Shown piece after piece: positions 27,244 to 36,811 of a DNA stretch of 52,103 bases (the stretch's first letter is position 1; the number at the start of each line of letters is the position of its first letter). The translations under genes and the position numbers were made by a program. The notes under the pieces are model-generated. The model made no database searches, was not told where the DNA came from, and saw only the letters and a list, made by a program, of their open reading frames with translations. Location of the stretch: contig CAYWHE010000001.1 in NCBI GenBank assembly GCA_964458125.1, positions 1-52,103 on the forward strand, given 5' to 3'. The DNA comes from an uncultured Flavobacteriaceae bacterium (GTDB lineage Bacteria > Bacteroidota > Bacteroidia > AKYH767-A > OLB10).

Positions 27244-28971
27244 TCAGTCTACACGGTCGTGCAGGAAGGTATTGTTTGATTTGATTTCTGTTTTGTTCTG
27301 GTCTTCCGTCAGGGAATACCTGGACACCTGGGATTCCGCTGAAGGTGCTACAGGTTCCAGCTTGATGTTCCTTCTTTTGTAGGCCGGCTCCTTTTCCAGG
27401 TCGTTCAATCCTCCCGGCGTATTCATCTTATAGCTCAGGTCCCTGAGTTTCATGATTCGCTCCCGGGAACGCTGGAAAGCATCTTCAACAACCGGCTCCG
27501 GCTTTACGATTTCCGTAAATTTTTCGTTTACGGGTTCCGTTTCAAATTTTGGAGCAACCGGGACCGGGGCCGCCGGAGCTGCAGGAGTTATAGTGGTGAC
27601 AGGGGAAGGTGTAAGGGAAACAGGCTCCATTTCCTTCTCCGGGGAAGCCAGTGCAGGAATATCGAAGAGAAATGTTTTGGCCGCTTCCGGTGTTTCCCTG
27701 ATAATCAGCACCGGTTCAGGAATGGAAAAGAGATCTGTTTCGGTTGCCGGGGTTTCATTCAGGGGAATTATATCCTTCGAAACCTCCGGTACCGGAACAG
27801 GCTGTATGGCCTCTGCTTCTGTTTGTTTTAGGACAGGCTCCAATTCCGGCTTGAGTGCTACAGACAGGGAGTCCAGGTTTTCAGGCGCCACTTCCTTTTT
27901 ATATCCTGTCGTTTCAGTTGACGGACCTGCTCCGGCATCTGCCGCTGGCTTTTCATCAAGCAGCTGGTAAACTTTCCGGTCGGTTTGTTTTTTCTCGGCA
28001 ACCTGTTCCGTTTTTGTTTTAAAGCCGGTTGCTATGATGGTGACGGAAATTTCCTCTCCGAGCATTTCATCCGTACCCTGTCCGAGAATGATTTCCGCCG
28101 TCTGCCCTGCCTGCTCCTGGACATATTCATTGATGTCGCCCATTTCATCCATGGTAATTTCCACCTGACCCGATACAATATTCAGCAGTATGTAACGGGC
28201 ACCTTCAATGCTGTTATCATTCAGCAGGGGCGAATCAAGGGCCTGTTCTACGGCACGAATGGCGCGATTTTCACCGGCAGAACGCGCCGAGCCCATGATG
28301 GCCACCCCGCTGTTGCTCATCACGGTCTGGATATCGGCAAAATCCACATTCATATGAAGGGTAACCGTAATGATTTCTGCTATGCTTTTTGCTGCAGTGG
28401 TCAATACATCATCGGCATGTCCAAAGGCTTCACTGAGTTTCAGATTTCCATAAATCTCACGCAGTTTGTCGTTACAGATGATCAGCAATGTATCCACGTT
28501 ACGCTTCAGTTCATCAATGCCGAGATCGGCCTGGGTCTTTCTTTTCTTGCCTTCAAATGAAAAAGGAACGGTGCAAATGCCTACGGTGAGGATTCCCATT
28601 TCTTTTGCAATACCGGCAATGATTGGCGCTGCACCGGTTCCTGTTCCACCGCCCATGCCGGCGGTAATAAAGACCATTTTGGTCTGGGTGCCGAGGAGTT
28701 CCCTGATCTGTTCAATGTTTTCAATGGCAGCGTTCTTTCCTATTTCAGGAATCGAGCCTGCTCCACGACCTTCTGTCAGGGTTGGACCCAGTTGTATTTT
28801 AACGGGCACAGGACTGATTTCAAGCGCCTGGTGATCGGTATTGCAAACAATAAAGTCAACACCCTTTATGCCCTGCCGGTACATGTGGTTCACGGCATTG
28901 CTTCCGCCTCCACCAACACCAATAACTTTGATGATGGATGGTTTTTCCTTCGGTAATTCAAATTGCATCAT
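27244..28971 (-). CDS. ftsZ: Cell division GTPase FtsZ
   Basis: 575-aa ORF with the tubulin signature GGGTGTGAAP, plus IKVIGVGGGGSNAVNHM and NTDHQAL. It has a long Pro/Glu/Thr-rich linker and a conserved Bacteroidota C-terminal region (EPAYKRR...FLHDRVD). Confidence 0.97.
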   Translation of the reverse strand: MMQFELPKEKPSIIKVIGVGGGGSNAVNHMYRQGIKGVDFIVCNTDHQALEISPVPVKIQLGPTLTEGRGAGSIPEIGKNAAIENIEQIRELLGTQTKMVFITAGMGGGTGTGAAPIIAGIAKEMGILTVGICTVPFSFEGKKRKTQADLGIDELKRNVDTLLIICNDKLREIYGNLKLSEAFGHADDVLTTAAKSIAEIITVTLHMNVDFADIQTVMSNSGVAIMGSARSAGENRAIRAVEQALDSPLLNDNSIEGARYILLNIVSGQVEITMDEMGDINEYVQEQAGQTAEIILGQGTDEMLGEEISVTIIATGFKTKTEQVAEKKQTDRKVYQLLDEKPAADAGAGPSTETTGYKKEVAPENLDSLSVALKPELEPVLKQTEAEAIQPVPVPEVSKDIIPLNETPATETDLFSIPEPVLIIRETPEAAKTFLFDIPALASPEKEMEPVSLTPSPVTTITPAAPAAPVPVAPKFETEPVNEKFTEIVKPEPVVEDAFQRSRERIMKLRDLSYKMNTPGGLNDLEKEPAYKRRNIKLEPVAPSAESQVSRYSLTEDQNKTEIKSNNTFLHDRVD

Positions 28972-29011
28972 GCTGAATAATTTTTAAATTGGTTAGTATT
29001 TCTTTGGGTTA

Positions 29012-29641
29012 TCATGATTTGGATATGCGCTCAATGCACTCGTAAATCAACCGGGCAAGAGCCATGAGCTTTTCTTCATTCGTTATAATTTGCAGATCTT
29101 CGGGCCTTTCCGACAGGTTGATTTCCACCTGCAGGGCTGGTGCGGCCGCATCCTTCAGCCTGCTCATATCCGATTCGATCATTCCGTTCACCCGCAGATT
29201 CAGCCGCGAGGCCCTGGCTTCGCTGACCACCATATTGGCAAACTTGATCGACTGAAACATATAATCATTATCTTCAGAATAATAGACGTTTACGCCTCTT
29301 TTCTCCTGATCACGGCTGATCTGCAGGGTGATGTTCAGAATCAGGTCAGGTTTCGCCTGATGACCTGTAATTCCGACGGTGTCGCTGACTTCATTTCCGA
29401 AATGGATGGAGAACTTCCTGTTTTTTGCAAGCTCATTCACTTTTGCGATGAGCCTGCTTTCTACCTGACCAAAGTCGATGCTGTCTTTCGAAAGATCCAT
29501 ATTATTCCATTCATACCCCAGGTTAACCGTTACGCTAAACTGTTCCTTATTATCCTGTTTATCGGTATTACCGCTGCGCGCCTGTAAACCGGACAGGATC
29601 AGCAATGTTCCTGTTATGTAAAATATCAATCCCGCTCTCAT
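29012..29641 (-). CDS. Signal-anchored protein with a degenerate N-acetylmuramoyl-L-alanine amidase (Amidase_3)-like domain, encoded between ftsA and ftsZ
   Basis: 209 aa from ATG 29641, which lies 4 nt after the ftsA stop. N-terminus is MRAGLIFYITGTLLILSGLQA. By-eye alignment to PF01520: VTVNLGYEW / ivIDpGHGG, KPDLILNITLQ / kaDlfvSiHaN, GVNVYY, APALQVEINLSERPEDL / mPavLvElGfisNpeD. Both His zinc ligands appear substituted. Confidence 0.6.
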   Translation of the reverse strand: MRAGLIFYITGTLLILSGLQARSGNTDKQDNKEQFSVTVNLGYEWNNMDLSKDSIDFGQVESRLIAKVNELAKNRKFSIHFGNEVSDTVGITGHQAKPDLILNITLQISRDQEKRGVNVYYSEDNDYMFQSIKFANMVVSEARASRLNLRVNGMIESDMSRLKDAAAPALQVEINLSERPEDLQIITNEEKLMALARLIYECIERISKS

Positions 29642-29645
29642 CTGC

Positions 29646-30926
29646 TTACGCCAAATTTGGATCCTCACCCTCATCTCCGAAAATTCCCTTTTTAAATATC
29701 ACATCAAACCATTTTCCCTTTGTTTTTGCCGGCTGCACCACATCGGGCTGTTTCTTTTTATTCCTGCGTTCCTTTTCCGCTTCCTGCAGCCCCCGGATAA
29801 CCAGGCCTACGGCAGTGGCATACATGGGACTTTTAATCTCATCCATTCCCTTTCCCAGGTGTTCATTCGGGAATCCGATGCGGGTATCCATACCGGTAAT
29901 GTATTCTATCAGCTGGGTCACATGTTTCAGCTGGGCACCGCCTCCTGTCACCACGATACCTGCTATCAGTTTTTTCTCGAACCCTGAACTCTTTATTTCA
30001 TAATGCACATGCTCGATGATCTCCTCCATACGCGCCTGAATGATGTTGGCCAGGTTTTTAACCGAAATCTCCTTGGGTTCCCTGCCGCGCAGACCCGGGA
30101 TGGAAACGATTTCATTCTCCTGGGCCTGCTGGGCCAGGGCAGAACCGAACTTCACCTTGAGCAATTCGGCCTGGTTGCGGATGATGCTGCATCCTTCCCG
30201 TATATCGTCCGTAATTACATTTCCTCCAAAAGGAATCACTGCCGTATGCCGGATGATGCCATCCTGGAACATGGCAATATCGGTGGTACCCCCGCCGATA
30301 TCCACCAGTACCACACCGGCTTCCTTTTCTTCATCGGTCAGCACGGCATCGGCGGAGGCCAAAGGCTCCAGCACCAGGTCGATCGGATTGAGGCCTGCCT
30401 TATGAACGCATTTTTCAATGTTTTTGGCGGCCGTAATCTGCCCGGTGATGATGTGGCAATTCGCTTCCAGCCTGGCGCCAACCATGCCGATTGGGTCCTT
30501 GATGCCCTGTTCGCTGTCTACGATATATTCCTGCGGGATCACATGAATAATCTCCTCTCCCGGCGGCATGGCCAGCTTATACATATCCTCAATGATGGCA
30601 TCAATATCTACCTGGCTGATTTCCTCATCCATGCTTCTCCTTGTCCGCATGCCCCTGTGCTGCATGCTTTTTATATGCTGACCGGCGATGCCGACAAGGA
30701 CATCGCTGATATTGACCCCCGCCTTATTGCTGGCCTCGCTGATGGCATCTTTGATGGATTGCACGGTTTTGTCAATATTGGCTACCATGCCCCGCATCAC
30801 ACCTACGGATTCGGCCTTGCCCATGCCCATTATTTCAATCTTGCCGAATTCATTCCTCCGCCCTACCATCGCACAGATTTTGGTGGTACCAATATCGAGT
30901 CCTACTATTATTTCTGAGTTTTCCAT
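29646..30926 (-). CDS. ftsA: Cell division protein FtsA (actin-like ATPase)
   Basis: 426-aa ORF with IVGLDIGTTKICAMVG, VLVDIGGGTTDIAMF and VVTGGGAQL. It has a C-terminal basic/amphipathic tail (KGKWFDVIFKKGIFGD). Confidence 0.95.
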   Translation of the reverse strand: MENSEIIVGLDIGTTKICAMVGRRNEFGKIEIMGMGKAESVGVMRGMVANIDKTVQSIKDAISEASNKAGVNISDVLVGIAGQHIKSMQHRGMRTRRSMDEEISQVDIDAIIEDMYKLAMPPGEEIIHVIPQEYIVDSEQGIKDPIGMVGARLEANCHIITGQITAAKNIEKCVHKAGLNPIDLVLEPLASADAVLTDEEKEAGVVLVDIGGGTTDIAMFQDGIIRHTAVIPFGGNVITDDIREGCSIIRNQAELLKVKFGSALAQQAQENEIVSIPGLRGREPKEISVKNLANIIQARMEEIIEHVHYEIKSSGFEKKLIAGIVVTGGGAQLKHVTQLIEYITGMDTRIGFPNEHLGKGMDEIKSPMYATAVGLVIRGLQEAEKERRNKKKQPDVVQPAKTKGKWFDVIFKKGIFGDEGEDPNLA

Positions 30927-30930
30927 GTCG

Positions 30931-31731
30931 TTACAATTTGGAACACACCACCTGGTTTTTAAATTTCAGGTTGATGGTGCGATAGGTGTTCCATCCTATA
31001 TTGTTCAGTCCCCTTTTATAAAACAACATGAGCTTTTCCAGTTTTTCATGCAGGTTCCCGATATCGCCCAGGATGATCCGATGGTTGCCGATGCGGGGAA
31101 TCATTTCTATTTCCTGCCACTCATTCACATACAACTGTTCGATCTGCGCATTCCAGAAAGTGTCGAGGCGAAGTGTATTCGCGAGCGTATATAACTGTTC
31201 AAGCATCAACCTCCCGGTGGTGGTATCCGACTCGCTGCATTCCAGGTTATAAATCCTCCGTTCGGAAAAGGTATTGAATATATACCCATTTGCCACCAGA
31301 ACCGGAGCCGTAAATTTTCCGGAAACCGGCATGAATACTCCATTTTCATCGATATAGAAATCTTCCGACCGGGTATTCATGACCCGCAGGACAGGATTCC
31401 GCTGCCGGACCCGGATGTCAATTTTTCCATCAATCGTTGAAAATACTTCGGCATTCTCAATGAACGGGTTTGCCTGGATGTTTTTTTCCAACAGGGCTGT
31501 GTTGATATCCTCGAGGCGGCTGCCCTTTAACTTTTGCCCGCGGCTGCTGAGCATATCCATCACATCCTCGGCTTCCACAAAAAAATTACCCGGTCCCTCT
31601 TCCACCACAACCTGCACCTCCAGGCAGGTTCTGTTCTTCTGACGGGAACCCACAAAGCCCATGACCGTAAAAAGAACAAGCGCCCCTGAAGTCCAAAGGC
31701 TCCACCGTAAAATTTTTTTATACTTTTTCAT
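30931..31731 (-). CDS. ftsQ: Cell division protein FtsQ (POTRA domain)
   Basis: 266-aa ORF with an N-terminal TM anchor (WTSGALVLFTVMGFVG) and a POTRA-like segment (...IE.NPFIENAEVF....G.I.I.V.QR.PVLRV). It sits between murC and ftsA. Confidence 0.8.
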   Translation of the reverse strand: MKKYKKILRWSLWTSGALVLFTVMGFVGSRQKNRTCLEVQVVVEEGPGNFFVEAEDVMDMLSSRGQKLKGSRLEDINTALLEKNIQANPFIENAEVFSTIDGKIDIRVRQRNPVLRVMNTRSEDFYIDENGVFMPVSGKFTAPVLVANGYIFNTFSERRIYNLECSESDTTTGRLMLEQLYTLANTLRLDTFWNAQIEQLYVNEWQEIEMIPRIGNHRIILGDIGNLHEKLEKLMLFYKRGLNNIGWNTYRTINLKFKNQVVCSKL

Positions 31732-33149
31732 CTGGCGGGTAAGGATTTTTTTAGTTTCAGCAAATCACGAATGGGATAAACGAACTGATCAATATCTCCT
31801 GCTCCCAGGGTTAACAGGATTTCAGGGGTGTGACCGGCCAGGACATTCATCAATTCCTCTTTCCTGCAAAGCGTCTTGGAGGGAATCGTAACACGGTCGA
31901 AAATGACCGAAGAGGTGATCCCGGGTATGGGCATTTCCCTTGCCGGGTAGATGTCCAGTAATATCAGTTCATCCAGCAAGGAAAGGCTGCGGGCAAATTC
32001 GCCTGCAAAGTCACGCGTGCGGCTGAACAGGTGTGGCTGAAAAATGCCTGTCAGCCTTTTACCCGGGAATAATTCCCGGACGGATGAAATCGCTGCCCTT
32101 AGTTCTTCCGGGTGATGGGCATAGTCATCAATATAGGTGCAGTCCTCCTCCCTGATATGAAATTCGAATCTTCTTTTCACACCGGCGTACGACATGAGTG
32201 CCTGTTGAATTTTTTCTTCCCCGATACCGAGCTGCCAGGCAACGGCAATGGCTGCAACGGCATTTTCCACGTTATGCCGGCCAGGGATACCGAGGGTGCA
32301 ATTCCTGATGGTTTTTCCCTGCATCGTTACATCAAAATAATACCGGTGATTTTCAACGCGTATGGCCTTCCCTTCAATATCAGCGGTGGATGAAATGGAA
32401 TACGTCAGTTGCCTTCCGGATTGAACAACGGGTTGCAAGCCCGCTTTATAAATCAGAACGCCATTGTCCTTTACCTGGCCTGCAAACAACCGGTAGGATT
32501 CCATCAGGTGTTCCTGATCCCCGTAAATATCCAGGTGGTCGGCATCCATGCTGGTGATGACTGCAATATCCGGGTACAGGGTCAGAAAGGAGCGGTCAAA
32601 TTCATCGGCTTCCACCACGATGGTCGTTTCCCTTAAATCGGCCGTCTGGCTGAGGATCAGGTTGGAATTATAGTTAACGGAAATCCCTCCCAGGAAAGCG
32701 GTGCAGTCAAAACCGGATGACTTCAGCACATGAGCGATGATGGATGTGGTGGTGGTTTTACCATGCGTACCTGCCACGGCAACAGTAAACGAATTTTTTG
32801 TCAGCAATCCCAGCACCTGGGAGCGTTTATACAAGGAAAAGCCCTGCTCTTTCAGGTAATTCATTTCCCGGTGACCGGCCGGAATGGCCGGCGTAAAAAT
32901 GACCAGCACCTGTTCCTTCAATTCCGGCATGCTGAGCCAGGCCGGCAACCTTGAAACGGCATCCTCATCATGTACGTCAATCTGTTCTTCTTCCAGGGCA
33001 TGGGTCAGCGGGGTGAGGGTTTTATCATATCCCGCCACCGTTTTACCCATTGCTTTAAAAAAACGGGCCAACGCACTCATGCCGATGCCTCCGATACCAA
33101 GCATATACACGTAGTTGATTTTATCCATGTTCATCCCTGCTTTCATCAA
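31728..33149 (-). CDS. murC: UDP-N-acetylmuramate--L-alanine ligase
   Basis: 473-aa ORF with YMLGIGGIGMSALARFF, VAGTHGKTTTTS, EADEFDRSF and DDYAHHPEE. The ATG at 33149 overlaps the murG stop by 4 nt. An alternative start lies at 33128. Confidence 0.95.
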   Translation of the reverse strand: MMKAGMNMDKINYVYMLGIGGIGMSALARFFKAMGKTVAGYDKTLTPLTHALEEEQIDVHDEDAVSRLPAWLSMPELKEQVLVIFTPAIPAGHREMNYLKEQGFSLYKRSQVLGLLTKNSFTVAVAGTHGKTTTTSIIAHVLKSSGFDCTAFLGGISVNYNSNLILSQTADLRETTIVVEADEFDRSFLTLYPDIAVITSMDADHLDIYGDQEHLMESYRLFAGQVKDNGVLIYKAGLQPVVQSGRQLTYSISSTADIEGKAIRVENHRYYFDVTMQGKTIRNCTLGIPGRHNVENAVAAIAVAWQLGIGEEKIQQALMSYAGVKRRFEFHIREEDCTYIDDYAHHPEELRAAISSVRELFPGKRLTGIFQPHLFSRTRDFAGEFARSLSLLDELILLDIYPAREMPIPGITSSVIFDRVTIPSKTLCRKEELMNVLAGHTPEILLTLGAGDIDQFVYPIRDLLKLKKSLPAR

Positions 33150-34258
33150 CGGTTTGTTCCGATTTCCATAACCTGCCTCGCGATCACTGCGGCCGAATCA
33201 GGCAAGGCCAATTGTCGTATATAACGTTTCAGTTCACCCAGTTTATAATCATCACGGACCAGATTCAGCGCTGTGTCCACCAGTTTTTGCATGGCATCCC
33301 CATCCTTCACCAGTACCGCTGCGTTTTTCCTGACCAACGCTTCGATATTACGGGTCTGATGATCTTCGGCAGCCGAAGGAAGCGGCACCATCACAGCCGG
33401 TTTACCGGCAATACAGAGTTCAGAAACCGTACTGGCACCCGCTCTGGATATCACCAGGTCGGCCATGGCATAAGCCAGATCCATCTGAATGATGAAATCA
33501 AAGGCTTTCATGTTCCTGGTGCCAGCCGTTTCAAGGGCAACTTTTGCTTCGGGCAGGAAGGCTACCCCGGTTTGCCAGATCAGCTGCAAACCGGCCTCCT
33601 CAAGTTTCTGAATACCACCCTGAATGCTGCGGTTTATCGTCCTGGCACCCTGGCTTCCACCAACGACAAGAATTGTTTTCTTATTTTCATCAAAACCGAA
33701 AAAAGCGGCCGCTTCTTTCCGTTTTCCTTCCGTTGATAAAATATCGGATCGAACCGGGTTTCCTGTCAGAATCAGTTTATCCCTGGGAAAGAATTTCTCC
33801 ATGCCTTCATAGGCTACGCAAATCCGCTTTACCTTCCGGGCAAGAATTTTATTGGTGATGCCAGGGTAGGAATTTTGCTCCTGGATGACAGCCGGAACTC
33901 CTTTGCATGCCGCCATGTATATCAGGGGACCGCTGGCATAACCCCCAACGCCAACGGCTACATCCGGTTGAAACCGGTCAATGATCTTACCAGCCTTATT
34001 CAGACTGGAAATCACCTTTACCGGAAAGGACAAGTTTTTAAGGGACAGGCTCCGCTTCAAACCACTGATGTTAAGTCCTTCAATTGCATACCCGGCTGCA
34101 GGCACCTTTTCCATTTCCATCCTGCCTTCAGCACCGACAAATAATATTTCAGTCCGGTTGTCGATGTTTTTTAAAGCATGGGCAATGGCAATGGCGGGAA
34201 AGATATGTCCTCCCGTACCGCCGCCGCTGATGATTACTCTCATTTCTTCCTGTTCCAC
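33146..34258 (-). CDS. murG: Undecaprenyldiphospho-muramoylpentapeptide beta-N-acetylglucosaminyltransferase
   Basis: 370-aa ORF with IISGGGTGGHIFPAIAIA, GVGGYASGP, QEQNS.PG.TN, GGSQGA and SRAGA.TVSEL...GKPA..VP.P.AAEDHQ..N. Confidence 0.95.
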   Translation of the reverse strand: MEQEEMRVIISGGGTGGHIFPAIAIAHALKNIDNRTEILFVGAEGRMEMEKVPAAGYAIEGLNISGLKRSLSLKNLSFPVKVISSLNKAGKIIDRFQPDVAVGVGGYASGPLIYMAACKGVPAVIQEQNSYPGITNKILARKVKRICVAYEGMEKFFPRDKLILTGNPVRSDILSTEGKRKEAAAFFGFDENKKTILVVGGSQGARTINRSIQGGIQKLEEAGLQLIWQTGVAFLPEAKVALETAGTRNMKAFDFIIQMDLAYAMADLVISRAGASTVSELCIAGKPAVMVPLPSAAEDHQTRNIEALVRKNAAVLVKDGDAMQKLVDTALNLVRDDYKLGELKRYIRQLALPDSAAVIARQVMEIGTNR

Positions 34259-34260
34259 AA

Positions 34261-35436
34261 TCAGGCAATGGCTGCCCTGATTTTCTGTTTGGATTGTGCC
34301 ATTTTCAACTCCTCCTTTTCCAGATCCCGGCTCACACTCAGAATGATCCCGATGGAAATGCCGGTAAAGAATATGGATGTTCCTCCCATGCTGACCAGGG
34401 GGAGCGTCTGTCCGGTAACCGGGAACAGGTTAACGGCAACGGCCATATTGATCATGGCCTGAAACACCAGGCTGAAACCGCAACCGATAGCCAGCAGGGT
34501 GGCGAAAGCCCTTGGACTTTTTCGCGCTATCTGAATAACACGGAAGAACAGGGCGAGGTACAGGAATACAAGGAATGATGCTCCCAGTAAGCCATACTCC
34601 TCAATGATAATGGCGAAGATGAAGTCGGAATAAGGATGGGGCAGAAAATTCCGCTGGGTGCTGTTTCCAGGACCCTTCCCGGTGAAGCCTCCTCCGGCTA
34701 TGGCAATCTTGGCCTGTTCGGTCTGGAAGTTTTCCTGAACATCCTTTCCGGAAAAATTCTCCAGCCTGTTTTTCCAGGTTTCAAATCGGGGAAGCATTTT
34801 TGGTGCAATCAGGTAAACACCGATTAATAATAATATACCGGCCAGTCCGATACCCAGCAATGCCAGGATATATCTGATGTTGATTCTTCCGATGAACATG
34901 AGCACCACATTGGTTACAAACAGCAATGCAGCCGTAGAGAAGTTCGCAGGAACGATAAACAAACAGGCGATGATAACCGGAACCATGATGGGCAGGAATG
35001 CCGAACGGAAATCCTTGATGTGGTCCTGGCGGATGGAGAGCTGCCGTGCAACATACAGGATCAGTGCAATTTTAGCGAGGTCGGAGGTCTGAAAACTCAG
35101 GCCAATACCGGGAACGGTCAACCAACGGCTGGCGTCATTCAGATTGGTGCCGAGCACCAGCGTCAGCAGCAAAAGCGGCAGGGTAATGATCAGCGCAATT
35201 TTTGAAATCCGGGCATAAACCGTATACTTCAGCAAATGAGACAGGTAGATGAGGGAAAAACCAATGATGAGGGTGCGGAAATGGCGCAGCAGGTAAAACT
35301 CCGTATCCCCGGAATGGTACTTGTAAGCCAGCGTACCCGTCGAGCTGTATACGGCCAATATGGAAAAAAGACAAAGAAAGATGACGATGAGCCAGATGGA
35401 CCGGTCGCCCCTGAAATAAATGGAAAAAAAATTCAT
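34261..35436 (-). CDS. ftsW: SEDS-family peptidoglycan polymerase FtsW
   Basis: 391-aa polytopic membrane ORF with the SEDS motifs (FQTSDLAKIALILY, LPHPYSDFIFAIIIEEYG, GQTLPLVSMGGTS). It sits between murD and murG. Confidence 0.92.
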   Translation of the reverse strand: MNFFSIYFRGDRSIWLIVIFLCLFSILAVYSSTGTLAYKYHSGDTEFYLLRHFRTLIIGFSLIYLSHLLKYTVYARISKIALIITLPLLLLTLVLGTNLNDASRWLTVPGIGLSFQTSDLAKIALILYVARQLSIRQDHIKDFRSAFLPIMVPVIIACLFIVPANFSTAALLFVTNVVLMFIGRINIRYILALLGIGLAGILLLIGVYLIAPKMLPRFETWKNRLENFSGKDVQENFQTEQAKIAIAGGGFTGKGPGNSTQRNFLPHPYSDFIFAIIIEEYGLLGASFLVFLYLALFFRVIQIARKSPRAFATLLAIGCGFSLVFQAMINMAVAVNLFPVTGQTLPLVSMGGTSIFFTGISIGIILSVSRDLEKEELKMAQSKQKIRAAIA

Positions 35437-35459
35437 TTTGCCGCCTTTTATTATTTGAC

Positions 35460-36803
35460 TTAGAGAGACCTGACCGCTTCCTTAAACTGCCTGCCGCGGT
35501 CTTCGTAATTTTTAAACAAGTCAAAACTGGCACAGCAAGGAGACAGCAGGACCACATCGCCCTTCTTACCCTTTTTGTATGCGGCCTTTACTGCAGCGGA
35601 AGCTGAGATGGTATCGATAATATCCGGAACAATGTCGGAAAAGGCCTTGTGTATTTTTTTATTGTCCAGACCCAGGCAGACAATGGCTTTGACTTTCTCC
35701 TTCACAAGGTCGCGAAGCATGTCGTAGTCGTTGCCTTTATCCTGTCCCCCTACGATCCAGATAACGGGACGATCCATACTTTCAAGGGCATACCAGGCCG
35801 AATTTACATTGGTCGCCTTGGAATCGTTGATGAATTCAATACCGTGTACGGTATTTACTTTTTCCAGGCGGTGTTCCACGTTTTGAAAATCAGAGAAACT
35901 TTCCCTGACGATGTCCTTCCGGATATCGATGATTCGCGCTGCAATTCCTGCAGCCATTGAATTGTAAAGGTTGTGTTTTCCCTGTAAGGCTAATTCAAAA
36001 ATGGACATGGTGAATGGGTTATTGTTTATATTAATGGTTAACTGGTTTTCTTTTAAATGGCCGGCCATTCCTTCTTCCTTTTTAATGGAAAAAGGATAAA
36101 GTTTCATGGGCGGGTTTCGCTTCAGCACCTCTACAGCTGAAATTTCATCATCGGCACAGTAGATAAAGGCATCGTCCTTTCCCTGGTTCTGAATGATCCG
36201 GAACTTGGAATTGACGTACTTCTGAAGGGAATAATCATACCGGTCGAGGTGATCGGGTGTGATGTTAAGCAGTATGGCAATATCGGCCTTGAACCTGAAC
36301 ATGCCATCCAGCTGAAAGCTGCTCAATTCCAGGACAAAGTAGTCGTATTTCTGTTCGGCCACCTGCAAAGCAAAACTCTTCCCTACATTTCCTGCCAGCC
36401 CGACACGCAGGCCTGCTTTCAACAGGATATGATGGGTGAGCATGGTGGTTGTCGTCTTTCCGTTCGTGCCGGTAATACAAATCATCTTTGCTTTCGTATA
36501 GCGGCAGGCAAATTCAATTTCGGATATGACAGGAATATTTTTTTCAATAAGTTTATTTATTACTTCGGCCTTATCCGGGATGCCGGGGCTCTTAATGACT
36601 TCAACGGCATCCAGAATTTGATCGTAGGAGTGCGCGCCTTCTTCGTAAGGAATCTGATGACTGTTGAGCATTTCCTTATAAGTATCCTGAATACGGCCCA
36701 GATCCGAAACAAATACATCAAACCCCTGCTGCCTGGCAAGAATTGCCGATCCTGTACCGCTTTCAGCAGCACCCAGCACCACGATTTTTTTCCGTCCTGT
36801 CAT
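35460..36803 (-). CDS. murD: UDP-N-acetylmuramoylalanine--D-glutamate ligase
   Basis: 447-aa ORF with VVLGAAESGTGSA, ITGTNGKTTTT, ELSSFQLD, NITPDHLDRY and LLSPCCASFD.F.NYE.RG..F. Confidence 0.95.
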   Translation of the reverse strand: MTGRKKIVVLGAAESGTGSAILARQQGFDVFVSDLGRIQDTYKEMLNSHQIPYEEGAHSYDQILDAVEVIKSPGIPDKAEVINKLIEKNIPVISEIEFACRYTKAKMICITGTNGKTTTTMLTHHILLKAGLRVGLAGNVGKSFALQVAEQKYDYFVLELSSFQLDGMFRFKADIAILLNITPDHLDRYDYSLQKYVNSKFRIIQNQGKDDAFIYCADDEISAVEVLKRNPPMKLYPFSIKKEEGMAGHLKENQLTININNNPFTMSIFELALQGKHNLYNSMAAGIAARIIDIRKDIVRESFSDFQNVEHRLEKVNTVHGIEFINDSKATNVNSAWYALESMDRPVIWIVGGQDKGNDYDMLRDLVKEKVKAIVCLGLDNKKIHKAFSDIVPDIIDTISASAAVKAAYKKGKKGDVVLLSPCCASFDLFKNYEDRGRQFKEAVRSL

Positions 36804-36811
36804 TTTAGGCT

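Noticed and set aside
30003-30917. 304-aa plus-strand ORF antisense to ftsA
   Set aside because: It is a shadow ORF of a highly conserved gene, with no motifs and an atypical composition.
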